DNA of 64,000 nt, taken from Harriotta raleighana. Taxonomy: Eukaryota. The stretch lies in contig JBNZDD010013732.1 in NCBI GenBank assembly GCA_050575255.1, forward strand, positions 10,975,134 through 11,039,133, given 5' to 3'. The notes beneath the pieces were generated by a model. That model did no database searches, was not told the DNA's origin, and saw nothing but the letters and a program-made list of their open reading frames with translations. The position numbers and the translations under genes are program-made. Shown piece by piece: positions 25,156-37,870 of the stretch (position 1 is its first letter; each line of letters begins with the position of its first letter).

Positions 25156-25965
25156 CTAGAGGAAAAAACACTTATCCTTTTATCGGGCTGCAAGACCCCA
25201 GATCAATCTCTAAAACTGCTTTATTGCAATATTTTCAACCAAGTATTCCTGTCATCTGGGAGGAGAAATAAAATATCAGTGGTGTCAATCTACAATTTCA
25301 TAATTTGCAATTAATTACAAAGAATAATTTACAAAGAAGCCTGTTCTGAAGTCTTGCAATAAAATAATATGAGAAATGTATTTAGTGTAACTTCCTACAG
25401 TTTATCCTTTGCTGATCTTCAGCTTGTGAGGATTAAATCATACATTTTTTGAAAAAAATGCAAGATATTGGAGAAATCAATCACATAATGCAATAATGGT
25501 ACAAACATTGAAATCCTGAAGAGGGGTATTGGAATCATTCAATAGCTGTATCTTCAATGCAGCCAAAGCAATCATTCAGCGTAATAGCTCCAACTTTACC
25601 CGGCTCCTGAAAAGGACAATTTCAATCATCAGTGTCCTAAATTTGTAATCCAGCTTTCAGATGGGTGAAAGGAACCATCATTCTCTTATCTGCACCACAT
25701 GATTGCAAGGAGCCCTGTCATATAAATGTACTGTACTGAGCTCAGCACTTGAAATGAGAACACATTAGAATTCAGGCTAATACTGTTCCAACAGCACAAA
25801 TTCTCTCTCTTCCTTTCAGCTTGGCAAATTTTAAACCAAGGGGAACAAGTAAAGAGGTTGTAATTGTCAGTGTCAAAGAGAGAGAGAAACCCTTATTTAA
25901 AAATAGAATCACAGACTCAAAATCCAATACATTCACTCCTTCAATGTACACTTATATAGTACCGG

Positions 25966-26206
25966 AGGCCAGTAGCTCAGGGGTTAGAGCACTCGCCTTA
26001 CAAACGAGAGACTTGGGTACAATCTGAGGGCAAAACCTTGGGCAAGTTTCCTTACTCTATGCGTCTAATAATAATCCCTCAAAAGTAAAACAGTAAGAAA
26101 TTGGTCATTTCGATCCATGACTGTTTGTGGGATACTGCTGTATGCAATTGCCTGCCATGTTTCACTCACAAATATACAGTCAATTCACTTTACAGTATAT
26201 TCTGTG
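25966..26206 (+). mobile_element. tRNA-derived SINE, 3'-truncated
   Basis: GTAGCTCAGGGGTTAGAGCACTCGCCTTACAA head followed by the family body. Confidence 0.85.
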
Positions 26207-27587
26207 TAAACTTTCACAAGTCAATGATTCCGGAGTGGCAAATAACAATAAATTGAGTAACAATAATACCAAAAGAGCACAACATCAGTTTGGATAAAGA
26301 AGGTCCTTTGACTCATTTGATTTAACCTTTCAGAACATCCATTTGATCACTGGCTCTCTCATCACAGCGTCAAGCAGTTTTCCGATGCTGGCAGAATAGA
26401 ATTTTTCAGTTTCAGAACTATCTTTTTTTTCCCAAAAGTTGCCCTTTGACCAGTAATGTAAAATCATAAAGAATTGTTCTCTATAAAGTTATTGGACAAC
26501 CAACTAGACAACCCAAGAACACAGAGAGACTTGATCCTAACCAAAGGCTGAATCTATTTGCATTTACATTGAATAGGTCTACATATTTCCAAAAGCACCT
26601 AACATACTGCAGTCAAATCCAACTTTTAATAGAAATGGATTCTGGACTGAACCACTTTGCTAATACACAGTTCATTAAATTGTTTTATTTTTTCTCCCTG
26701 TCGGACTATTATGAAAAGCAAGCTATTAACTAGGCATTAATCCACAGCACGATCTGCCAGGTGATGTTTAATCAGACACCTCTATTGTGAAAACCAGTAG
26801 CCAAGCCTCCAACAAATAGAGTGCACCATTAGCAACAACTATATAAAGTAACATCATTTCTACATCACCTCCGCAAACAAAACTGACTTAAGAGCTCTTC
26901 CAGCCATTTTCCTTCTGCAAACAATGAACAGTTTGCCAAACATGAAGACTGCACCTCTCTAAATCATGAGATCGTTTTGGATGAAGTTGGCCCTATCCAC
27001 CTCATCCGTTCAGAACACCCAACTACCATCTTCCTGAGATAAGCTGCTTTTTAAAAATACCTGGCCTCAACCACCTGGCCTCAACCACCTGAAGTAAAGA
27101 TAAACATCCAGGTATCTTTCTTGGAATAGACAGAGCTGAATTATAATGTAGTGATCAGGCATTTTCCTCAGCTATAGGAGCTGATGAATGAACGGAAATA
27201 AATAAGTAGTCTTGGCCAGTTCATTTAACTTCAAACACTGGTTTGATGTTCTGAAGGCCAGCTGCACACAGTTCATCGTAATGACATTGATTGTTTATTC
27301 ACTAAGTTAAATCTCACTGTAGCTTTATTCAAGCAATGGACTCTACCAGTTACAAATGTCCCAAGTTACTAATAGCTCCAACATAGCTGCAAACAAACAA
27401 ATTGTTTCTCCAAGTCCATCAGTGCAAATATTGTCTAGCCAAATGCACTGGCAATTAATGGTACACGCTCTGATCTCTGACTTTTTACAGCTTTCCCTAA
27501 CCTTTCCCTGGTGACTGATTTAGGTGGTCAGACCAGTGTTAAGACTGTCAGACTGCAGAAAACTAGATGTTAATATTCCTCCAATGG

Positions 27588-28196
27588 CTTTTCCCAGGCT
27601 CGACAACGGGAACTCTCTCCTCATCGGCCTTCCCAGCTCCTCCCTTCACAAACTGCAGAATATTCAGAACTCTGCAGCTCGTGTGCTCTCCCGCACTAGT
27701 CTCCGTGATTACATCACTCCCACCCTCGCCCGTCTCCACTGGCTCCCCGTCCCCCAGAAGATCTAATTCAAGATCCTCGTTCTCACTTTCAAGGCCATTT
27801 ATGGTCTTGCTCCCGCCTATTTCTCTGACCTGCTGTCTCCCTATCAGCCTGCCTGTCCCCTCAGTTCAATGGGCTCTGGCCTGCTCCATGCACCTCACCT
27901 GAACCGCCCTACCATTGGTGGCCAGACTTTCACCCTCTCTGCCTCCACACTCTGGAACTCCATTCCGCAATCCCTTCACCTCGCTTCCTCCCTTTCCTCC
28001 TTCAAGGCCGGTCTCAAGACCTTCCTCTTCGACTGTGCCTTCTATTCCCCTCCTAATTCTCCCCCCTTTCCTATTCTCCTTCCCCCCGCCCCTACCACGA
28101 CCCCCCCACCCCCCCCAGGTCCTGACCTAGCTGTTCAGCCCTTTCGGACATCCTCCCGATGTGAAAGGCACTCCTCAAATGTAATTTTGTTGTTCT
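27588..28196 (+). mobile_element. L2 LINE 3' fragment (ORF2 C-terminus and 3' UTR)
   Basis: RLDNGNSLLIGLPSSSLHKLQNIQNSAARVL...ITPTLARLHWLPVPQKI*FKILVLTFKA and IGGQTFTLSASTLWNSIP...SFKAGLKTFLF; one in-frame stop. Confidence 0.95.
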
Positions 28197-29534
28197 AATA
28201 ATAATACTGATTACATTTGGCAATGCGTCTTTCATGTTCAGGAGGACATCTCAAAGGGCTTAACAGGATATGGTGTAAAGTGTAGAAACTATTTTTTATG
28301 GGTACCCAACAGTAGCCAATTTGCACAGTACATTAACATCACATTGCGACCATCTTGATTTGAAATTTTCCCTTCATTCACACTTTCATTATTTTCTTAC
28401 CTATCTTCTATTCTTTCTGACCTTCTATAAGCTCTTAAAAGCTCCATGAAATCAAGGCGACCAGAGAGTGTGCCCTCCTGATATTCAATTATCGATCAGC
28501 CAGGGGCAGCATCATGTGGCATAAATCTAGGTGCGTATCCCTGACTGTCCAATGCCTTGGGAAGTCCTCCTGATGTGAAAGGCACTGTACAAATATAATT
28601 TGTTGCTGTTGTATGGAATTCTGTACAACACCGAAAACTCACTGGTCTCTTGGTTCGAAGAAAACAATTCATCTGATCACAAATCTTGTACCACTGAACC
28701 ACCACTGCTTCGCCCTATAATTTGCAATGATTATACTCATACACACAGCAGCGACCCCAGATGAGGCTTTCTTTTGCGTGAATGATCTGCACAGATACAA
28801 GTTGTATTAAGATACACAAGGGATGCTTGTGGGTGATTGAGGGTTTGCACACAGAAAGTTTAACAAGTGGTACCAGTTACAGGACTCAAAAGCTCAATAG
28901 TCTCAGGGGATTCTGTCGTCTCAGATACCAATTTGTTCCACTGAGCAGCCAGAAATTCCCAGAACATGTCCGTACAATTCCTTTGATTTATAGGAAAAAA
29001 ATCTCCCCAGTTCAAGCTCACTTCAATGTTCTCAAATGGATTTCCTTGTTTGAGGGTTTGCTGGCAACATTAAAGAAGAATTATAACATTAATCCACTTT
29101 TATAGATAAGCTAAACCTCACAAATTGATCAAAGGATTTCTGAAAAATTAAACCAGGAGGTGAGGAGATAAGATGCAAGTGATAGAATGAAAGATGACTA
29201 AATTGGGTTGGTATAAAATAAAAACCTCCTCCATATATTCATAATAGTCAGAAGTATATTATTTATGTGCTTCAATAATTCAGTTTGTTTTTAAATATAT
29301 ATTTTTTCCCCAAATAAAACTGAAATTGAACGCTATCCCCTTGAGTCCAGTTCTGGTGGCACAAGTCTTCATTTCGAAACAGTGGTCCAAATATAGTATC
29401 TACGACCAATTTCACTTCTACAGCGCCCTTCACACTGGGTTGTCCCACAGCACTTCGCACTAACTGACTCTGATAATAAGCCATGGGGAGAGGGAGGGGA
29501 GAAGTAATCGTAATCATGATCAAAAAGATCTTTA

Positions 29535-30228
29535 CAAAACCAACTTTCGCTTATATAGCACCCGTTATGCAGGTTAACTACTCAGAGCACTTACAGTGGC
29601 TGAGCCTGACAGAGCTGCGAGGGGAGTGGGGGTGGGTGTTGCCCATAAATGGGGTTGATCGAGTAAAGTTTTCAGGCAGGATTTGAAGGTGAGGAGGGAA
29701 GGGCAAGGCAGAGGGAGAGCACTGTAGAGTTTCGGGGCAGATTGGCTGAAGGCCACCAAGGGTGGAGGGGGGCACGAGGGACAATTAGGAGGGTGGAGCC
29801 AGCCGAGTGGAGGCAGCGGGTGGTGGAATGGGAGGAAAGCAAGTTGGATAGGTAGGGAGGTGTTAAGGAATTAAGTGATTTGAAAACAAGTAAGGGAATG
29901 TTGAAGTCGATCCGCTCGGTAATTGGGAGCAAGTGGAACCTGGCAAGGATCGGTGTGATGGGGGTTCAGAGTTTTGAGTATCCAGGCAGTGAAATTTTGA
30001 ATTAATTGGATTTTGCGTATGGTGGAGCTGTGCTGTGAGGGGGACATTGGAATGGTCCAGCCAGGAAGTTCCCGAAGGTGTGGATGAGGGTTTCAGCTGC
30101 ATCGGTTGTGAGGTACGGACAGAGGACGGCAACGTGTGCAGGTGGAAAAAAGCGGTCCTGGTTAGGGAACAGATGTGTGGTAGAAAGAAAAGCTGGGGAT
30201 CAAACCTGAATCCTAAATCGCGCACGGA
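29535..30228 (-). mobile_element. L2 LINE fragment, frameshifted
   Basis: RDLGFRFDPQLFFLPHICSLTRTAFFHL and LPITERIDFNIPLLVFKSLNSLTPPYLSNLL are L2 ORF2 motifs. Confidence 0.9.
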
Positions 30229-30469
30229 TTAGGAGAATCATCCAATCAGAAACAGAGAATCAGAGGCTAAACTTTGTAATCATTTCCAGTACTGAATTAT
30301 GACATCTCATCACATTGCCACTGCTCCTGCCCTCATCTTCCTGTGAAACATGATGCTTGACTGTCTGTTCCGCCGAGGCTAAAGAACCCATAGCACTATT
30401 TTGAACAATTGCAAGGATTTCTCTTGGTGCTCTGGCTGGTTAATCCTTGTTCATCCACAGTCAACAGAA

Positions 30470-31378
30470 AACAACAGAATTATATTTGTATAGTGCCTTT
30501 CATGTCGGGAGGAAGTTCCAAGGCACTGGATGATCAGTATTTCTGAGGGTCGGGTTCAGGGAGGGTGGAGGCCAGGGTGGGGAGAAGGACGATGACAGAA
30601 AGCATGGTTGAAGATGAGAATCTTGAGGTGCATCTTGAAAGAAGCAAGGGAGGGGGCAAGGCTGAAGGACTGGGGGATGGAGTTCCAGAGGGTAAAGGCA
30701 AAGTGGTTGAAGGCCCATCCCCCAATGGTGGGGCAGGTAAGGCGGGGGATGGGAAGCAGGCTGGAAACCACTGAGCGGAGTGAGCGATCAGATTGGTCAG
30801 GGATTAAGAGTTTGCAGAGGTTGGGGAGAGGGCTTTGAAAGTGAGGACCAGGATCTTGAACTGTATCCTCTACATGATGGGAAGCCAGCGGAGTCAAGCA
30901 AGGAGGAGGGTGATATGATTGTGGAGCCTGGAGGGAGGAGCCTGCACGTGCTGCAGAGTTCTGGATGATCTGCAATCTATGGATGGAGGAGTTTGCGAGA
31001 CCGACATATGGGGAGTTTGCGTCCTCGAGTCTGGATGTTGTGAACGAGGATCACAGCGGCCTATGGTGTGAGATAGCGGTAGAGCCGGATAATGTTACAT
31101 AGGTGGGCGAAGACGAAACAAGTCATGGCACGGATGTGGAGTACAAACGACAGTTGAGGGTCAAGCAAGTTGCCAAGGTTCCAGACTGGCTCATTGAGGT
31201 GGAGGGTATAGCCTTGGATGATGACGCTGTCGATGCTTGAGTTGTGGAGGTTCTGACAGGAGTGAATCAGCGGATCTCGGTCTTGTTGATGTTCAGCTGT
31301 AGAAAGTTGGCTCTCAACCAGCACTTGATGTCTGACAGATATTCTATCAGGGCAGCCAGGTAGGTCAAGATGTTGCTG
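30470..31378 (-). mobile_element. L2 LINE fragment, frameshifted
   Basis: LSDIKCWLRANFLQLNINKTE, WNLGNLLDPQLSFVLHI, QIIQNSAAR, IGGWAFNHFAFTLWNSIP; L2 tail at about 30470-30530. Confidence 0.9.
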
Positions 31379-31669
31379 ACACACACATACGCTCTTACTA
31401 GCTGTTTGTTTACATAATAAGTCATTACGCATTGACCTAACACACTGTTTGAAGTATTTAGAGAGTTGAGCGACAAGGAGTTTGAGGCAATGGAGTAAGA
31501 AGTTAATTTTGCACCATATCACCCCCACATATCTAAAGGGGAATGCTGAAAAATGTTTCATCCCCAAAAAAGTTATCAGAATATGGAATGATTTATTTGG
31601 TGTGGCTATTGAAATTAAGCATAATGGAGCATTTATAATACCAAATTCCTTACATTTGGTTTAGGCATA

Positions 31670-31985
31670 CATGCAACCAATTTGGACAAAGCAATGTCCC
31701 ACCAGCTGCCATGAAATAAATGATCAATTTTAGGTGAGGGATTGTTTGCTGGGAGAGAGAAACTCCCTTCTCTTTTCAAGCAATACCATGGGACCGTTTA
31801 ACATCTATTTAAAAAAGCGAACGGGACCCCAGATTAAAGTCTCATCCAAAGGACAGCACCTCTGACAAAGTCGTCTGTGCTGACATTTCCAGCACTGAAG
31901 TATCAGCACAGATTGCATGTGGTACAGTTCCCAATATGGATCTTGAACCTTCTGGCACAGAAGCAAGAGTGCTTCCAAGTTACCT
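31670..31985 (-). mobile_element. Deu-domain SINE
   Basis: GCAATGTCCCAC...AAACTCCCTTCTCTTTTCAAG...CCATGGGA...GTCTCATCCAAAGGACAGCACCTCTGACA. Confidence 0.7.
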
Positions 31986-32759
31986 GGATTAATTTAAAAG
32001 AGAATTGAAGAAACTTAACCGAAGAAAGATATTATCCTGTAAGGAGGTTTATTTTTGACGGTGATGACAGATCGGAAGCAATTGCTCTGATCTGTCCTCG
32101 CAAAAAAAAAAGGACAACAGAAAAATAGTACATATGACCAGTGGACACCTTGTATTCTCTGTAAGTTTGAACACACGCAGAAACCTTTTAAAATAAAATT
32201 GATACTTCAGAGGCTTTAAAGTCTTTAACTTTACATTTCATTGTCGTTGAAGCAGCAAAGAATTCACAAATAAAGAGCTATCAATTGGTTTCCCTTCTCA
32301 ACACAGAAATCTGCACAACAGCATGGACCAGCTCACTCAGCTCAGGCATCTCTACTTAACAATGCATCTTGGCTATCCCACTGGAGGAGAGGGGACGAAA
32401 ACTGCACACTGACTGTATGGAGGAGAATGTCTTCTCCCCAGCCCTCCCTCCTTCTCAGACAAGCCGGCAAACTCAGGCCGGAGGGGGAAACCCAGATAAC
32501 AATTGGTCAGTCAGGACGGAGGTCTAACAGTCCAGTGCTCAAGCTGACAAACTGCCACGGGCAGTAATCTCAATGCATACAGTAACAGTTACCACAGCCT
32601 TACGCCTCTACTTACGTGGGCCGTGTCCACAGCTGCAAATTGCATGTGTCGTGACCTACAAATAACTTCCATAATTTAATGATGAACACAAGAATGTCAT
32701 CAACAGCAGTGAATGAGGTTTCTCTCACAAACAGATTCCTAACTGGGGGAGTTACTCAC

Positions 32760-32784
32760 CAGCTTGGCGGAACCTGAAGGCAGG
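32760..32784 (-). other. Candidate micro-exon (25 nt, or 14 nt from an alternative acceptor with first base 32773)
   Basis: CCCTTTCAG|CCTGCCTTCAG|GTTCCGCCAAGCTG|GTGAGT: strong donor and two tandem acceptors; signals only. Confidence 0.25.
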
Positions 32785-34032
32785 CTGAAAGGGTGATCCG
32801 TGAGAAATGACAAGAATACCATTAAATGACAAAAGCAGGCCAATTCAATGCGAGCAAATGTGTAAAAGCAGGCTCTCTCCCAATTCACAACTTCATAACT
32901 GCTGCATTGAATGGCACCTAACCTCCAAGTCCACTTTATTCAAACCTTCCACATCTAACAAGCTGTTTAATGTACCCCTTAATGAGAGGGTGAATGAATT
33001 CAAACTGCTACTATCTGATTACATTACTTCATATTCTATGTTCTGCTCTATCAGCACCTAGTACCCAGTGGTGCTGCAGATAGCAGTGTATAATGAAAGA
33101 GAAAGTGCCAGAACTAACTGGCGATTTAGAATGCGACACAATGCATAGACTCTCTTTTTTCATCTCTGACCCCCTCATCCCCCCGCTTTACTGGGAAGGG
33201 TAACAACAACAGCCCAGCAAGAGAGAGAAGAGAAACAGACATCCTTTGTTCCAGTTTCTTTTCAGCATTCTATTGAGGTAAATGGATGAAAAACTCAGCC
33301 AACCTTCAATGCCACAACGCTTAGCAAAGCGCCTGCAACACAGCTCTGCTTGGCTGATCAACAGACAGTACTGGGACATAAACCTATTAGGACCCAGCAA
33401 AATGTAATTGCACAAACAAATCAACTTGCACCTCGGAATTTATGTATTTTGGTGTCCGTCTGTCACAGTCATTTCTGCACGAACCTGTATCTCTAATTGC
33501 AGCGAGAAACGCTCTGGGACATGCTGAGCGTTTGAACACTTTAAAACAAGCTATGCAAAATAAACTAACCAGATACATTTCAAATAGCTGACATGCTTCT
33601 CAGCCTACACCATCAGCATAAATGAAACTGAATCAGCATCACATCAGTAAACACAGCATTGCAAAGCTCCTGTGGTACCCCTCGCTATTAAGTTGATAAT
33701 CGCCTGAGGATTCAGCAGCGCTGACACACTGATAAAATATTTTCATGGCAAGCCGCTTTCAATGAATGTTTCAACCTGGAAAGCTCTGCCCTCTTGGAAA
33801 CAAAGTAAAGTCGCCTTTTAAACCACATAAGTCAGACTAACTATCTGCAGTCCCTCCCCTCCCCCCTTGCAATGCACTATTTACCAATTGTGGTGGGTGT
33901 GGGTGCAGGGGGTCAAAAGATTGACCAAGTTGGAACATACCCATTCTCAGAAGTTGTGTTCAGTTTATGTTGATGTGCTTCTAATAAATTTCACAGGATA
34001 TAATTTTCACATTTAGCTCTCTAGGATAGGAT

Positions 34033-34087
34033 AGGAACACTCAGCAGGACAGGCAGCATCTATAGAGAAAGGAAAAGTGAGTCAACA
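34033..34087 (-). mobile_element. Penelope-like terminal fragment
   Basis: Reverse complement GTTGACTCACTTTTCCTTTCTCTATAGATGCTGCCTGTCCTGCTGAGTGTTCC matches the segment after the hammerhead-like core at 13686-13730. Confidence 0.6.
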
Positions 34088-35691
34088 GATATTCTGGCAT
34101 CTTACGTTGGCCCATTCTATTGCAATCTATTTTCCTGCTTTTCGTACAGCAACGAGAAAGGACACTGAGCTGCGGTCGCTGATTTCCCCGGCCAGTGTTG
34201 GAGAGGCGTGAAGATGGGAGCTCAAATAAGTAGGTCAGCAATTACACAGTAAAAGTGTTTCCTTCCCCCCCCCCCCCCCCCCCCCCCCCNCCCCCCCCCC
34301 CCCCAGCCCCCCAACAATTGTAAGAATAAAGTCACTGCAGGACATTCCTTTAATTGTCTTTGGTAAAGCACAGAGCCTTGTTTTTCAAAAAAGCTTTCAA
34401 GATTTCTTACGAGATGCTGATCACTGCAAAAGTCGAGCCGACTGTTTGCACAGAACATGGCAGTGCAATGAACAGCTCACAGAACCAGCAGTGCAAACTT
34501 TTTCATTAGGTAGTTGTAGAGGGCCTGCAGGTCAAGTACTATAGAATCACTTGCATTTACAGTACGTGACTTTGTTCATACCCAGCGGTGGACCCCTGTA
34601 GCACCAGCATGTGAAATGTAATTTAATTTCAATCGAATTCTTACTGTGATAAAAAGTATTTTTTTTTATCTGAGCTAATTTGTCTAATTTCAATTTAAAT
34701 TACAAATTTACAAATTAAAAACTAACAAGATTGCAATCTCGGGGAGAGCTGACCTCTTGTCTCAGCAAACTTGAGAATTACAATGAACGACAAGGGTTGA
34801 TTAGAAAGCTAAGACAGTAGCAGAATGCGTCTTGTTTTATTTACTTTTCGTCAGCCACTGGTTGCTTTGGGCAGTCACATTTTTCTACTAAGTTATTTAC
34901 AATGATCTTTTATGGGTAGTTTTTCTGGTTCACTTTATGTCGCCTGCTCGATCTTACATTTTTGATCCAATTGAGAAATGAAGCCGTGAAACAGCCTGAA
35001 TGAATCCAGCTCAGGATTGAGAGCAACATTCAGTGAAAGGTTCACCTGCTTAGTCAAGTGTACAGCTAATATAACTTGAGGATAACCACCCATCCGTCTG
35101 TGCCCTCTTCCACCTGCAAATTCGAGAAGCAATAGCATCAATTCACTGTCCTGGCCACCATTGAACAGATATAAGGATTTTTTTTTACAAACCAAGTTTC
35201 ACTACAGTTCATCTAAGTTCAAGAAATAACGCAACTGGCCACTTCTTTGGGGTTGACTTGAAAGAAAAACATCTGAGTTCCCGCTTCTTCCATTTTCTCT
35301 GAATGACTGACCTACCTGACCTACTCTGAGATCACACATATTGCTTATTATGAGGGAAGCACCAATAATGCACGTAAGTTGCCTCATCTTCCATCAGTAT
35401 GCATCACAGAAATTTACAGAACAGAAGTAGGCCAATTGGTCCATCAGGTCTGCACCAGCTCTTTTAAAGAGCAACCTTTTCGCAGTAGGATTTACCTGCC
35501 CCTTTCCCCACACCACTGTAATTCATTCATGGAATCGTTCAACCTCAGAAATGCAATACCTCAACTGGAATGGAAAATACGGGGTTTGAATTAAAAGATA
35601 CAAATATATATATTGCTGCTTTGTAGATTGTTGCATTCAAATATCAGATCACTATAAGATAGTCTGAGAATGTGAAGTTTTACTCTGCCCA

Positions 35692-36311
35692 ATAATAATA
35701 GTCCTTGCATTTGATACAGTGCTTTGAAGTCTCAAAGCCAGGGCTGGCGTTACCTTTAGGCGAACTAGGCGGTTGCCAAAATCTGGTTACAGAGTACGTA
35801 CGGTTTGCCGGTCATGGTGAAAATTGCTGTTGTCGTCTAGTGGCAGAGGCGTGGGAGTTAGCAGTAAGTTGACTGGAGCATACTTAATACTTAAATAAAA
35901 TAGAAGTATGTTTCATAAATAAATGTATAACTATTACCATTACTTTCATTGATAATTACTGATATAATTTTTAGTATTAACATTAGCTTATCAAAAGTTA
36001 CTAGGGGGCGCACATCTGACAGCTCGCCTAGGGCACCTAATACCCTTGCGCCATTCCTGCTCAAAGCTATTCATAGAATACACCATAAAGTGAATTAACT
36101 GCATATTTGTGAGGAAACACAAACATCTGTTGGTTGAAATGACGAATTTAGTATTTTTTGAGGGATTAATATCAGGCCTGTGGGGGGGTGGGAGTGGGAA
36201 TGTGTGTAGCAAGGAAACTTGCCCAAGGTTTCACCCTGACCTGCCTGGATTTGAACATAGGTATCATGCTTGTAAGGCGAGTGCTCTAACAACTGAGCTA
36301 AAGGACTCCAC
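35692..36311 (-). mobile_element. tRNA-derived SINE interrupted by a hAT MITE
   Basis: Tail AATAATAATAGTCCTTGCATTTG at the left and head ...ACTGAGCTAAAGGACTCCAC at the right. Confidence 0.8.
35739..36059. mobile_element. hAT-superfamily MITE (321 bp)
   Basis: Perfect 8-bp TSD CTCAAAGC at 35731-35738 and 36060-36067; imperfect TIRs CAGGGCTGGCG versus CAGGAATGGCG. Confidence 0.88.
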
Positions 36312-36733
36312 ATGAAGCGCTTTGAGATGTCTAGAAAACGTGAAAAGTGCTNGTGTGTGTGTGTAGCAAGGAAACTTGCCCAAGGTTTCACCCTGACCTG
36401 CCTGGATTTGAACATAGGTATCATGCTTGTAAGGCGAGTGCTCTAACAACTGAGCTAAAGGACTCCACATGAAGCGCTTTGAGATGTCTAGAAAACGTGA
36501 AAAGTGCTAATACCCTTGCAATGTGTACACATCCACTTTGAAATCCCAGAGATAGATTGTTGCAATGGAATGTGCACTCTCTCCCTGGAGGAACGTATCT
36601 CACTTACCCCATTCCAGAAATTATTAGGCGCAGTTTGGCAAGAACCAAACCTTGGAGACCTCAGAATGTCCATTGGGGTATTGTTGGGATTCAAATTAGC
36701 TAAACTGCATAGCTTGCCATTGATTTTGCTGTC

Positions 36734-37026
36734 TGGTAAACTTTCCCACTGCTTGTCCAGCTAGGACCACCCTACCTGTTAGGATTTTGGCTTGCAGGGT
36801 TAACAGGAACTGAGAAAGATGACTCCCTGCCCCTGTGACTGGTCTGCCCTTCCGGGTCCTGCCAATGAACTAGGCTGGCTGTGCTGTGATCGATAGTGTT
36901 CTGGAATACTGCGGACTTCTCTGGCTCAGGAACCGGACTATCGAGACTGTCACAGAGGGCTGGCTCATTTTCGATATTCCAATTCCAGGCAAGAGCTAAT
37001 TCAGCTCCAAGGAGACCCCACTTATC
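36734..37026. repeat. Unclassified dispersed repeat, copy 2
   Basis: Colinear with 19908-20197 in the same orientation. Confidence 0.8.
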
Positions 37027-37379
37027 TCTCCAGGAGGATATCGATAACCTATCGATAAGGCACAAAAGTGGGACAAGCTAAGCAAGGGAAAACAAGGGAT
37101 TCTTGGGGAATGTTGAGGAACAAAGCATTCCAGACTCCCATTTGTATTCCTAAAAACCAGCCTGGAATGACTTCTTTTAGGAAGGAGTGAAGATGGAAAA
37201 TGCCAAACACCGAGACCCATTTAGATACTGTGAGGCATGGAAGGAAAGTCGGGGGATGAACAGCTTCACTTCAGATATCCAGATGCAACAGTCATGATAG
37301 ATACAGGCTCCGAGTTTAGTTATTAGCCAGTGAGACATTTGAACACCAGTGAATTTGATATCCAGATTTGTCTCACTGC

Positions 37380-37870
37380 ATTAGCATGGCTCAGATGACA
37401 GCACTCTTGCCTCAGAGTCAGAAAGTCACGGACTTAAGCCTCACATCAGCAAGCCTCACATCAGCTCTTGGATCTCACATCATTCAGGCTGACGATACAG
37501 TCAGTGCTGGTGAGCACTTCATTCATTGTCAGAGGTTTCCCAACTTTCAATAAGATGTTAAATCAAAGCTCTATCTGCCTGATCATGTGGACAGGGAAGA
37601 TCCCATGGGACTGTTCAAAAAGACACAGGAGTTTTTCCCCGTACCCTGGCCAACAATCCTGCAGGTAAAATTGGTCACTCAACACCATGGTTGTTTGTAA
37701 CCATGATGCTGCTGTGGATACTGCTGTCCCCTTATTGGCTGCCTCATTAGCCCACAAAACACAATGTTACTCCACTTTATAGATACTGTACATAGAGTAA
37801 GTAGGAAGTGCTTAGAGACATCTTCACAATGAGAACGACAGTGTAACAAATGTAAAGAATGTTATTACTC
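37380..37870 (+). mobile_element. Deu-domain SINE, near full length
   Basis: Head TGGCTCAGATGACAGCACTCTTGCCTCAGAGTCAGAA; core CATTGTCAGAGG...AGATGTTAAATCAAAG...AAGATCCCATGGGAC...CCCTGGCCAACAATCC. Confidence 0.75.

Noticed and set aside
33050-33080. REST/NRSE-like half sites (TCAGCACC...GGTGCTG; also near 12930 and 33713)
   Set aside because: No correctly spaced GGACAG right half; too many mismatches to call.
36204-36508. Exact ~150-bp tandem duplication
   Set aside because: The copies flank a single N. The same pattern occurs near 43290, 48897, 51507, 52368 and 52427, typical of unmerged contig overlaps.
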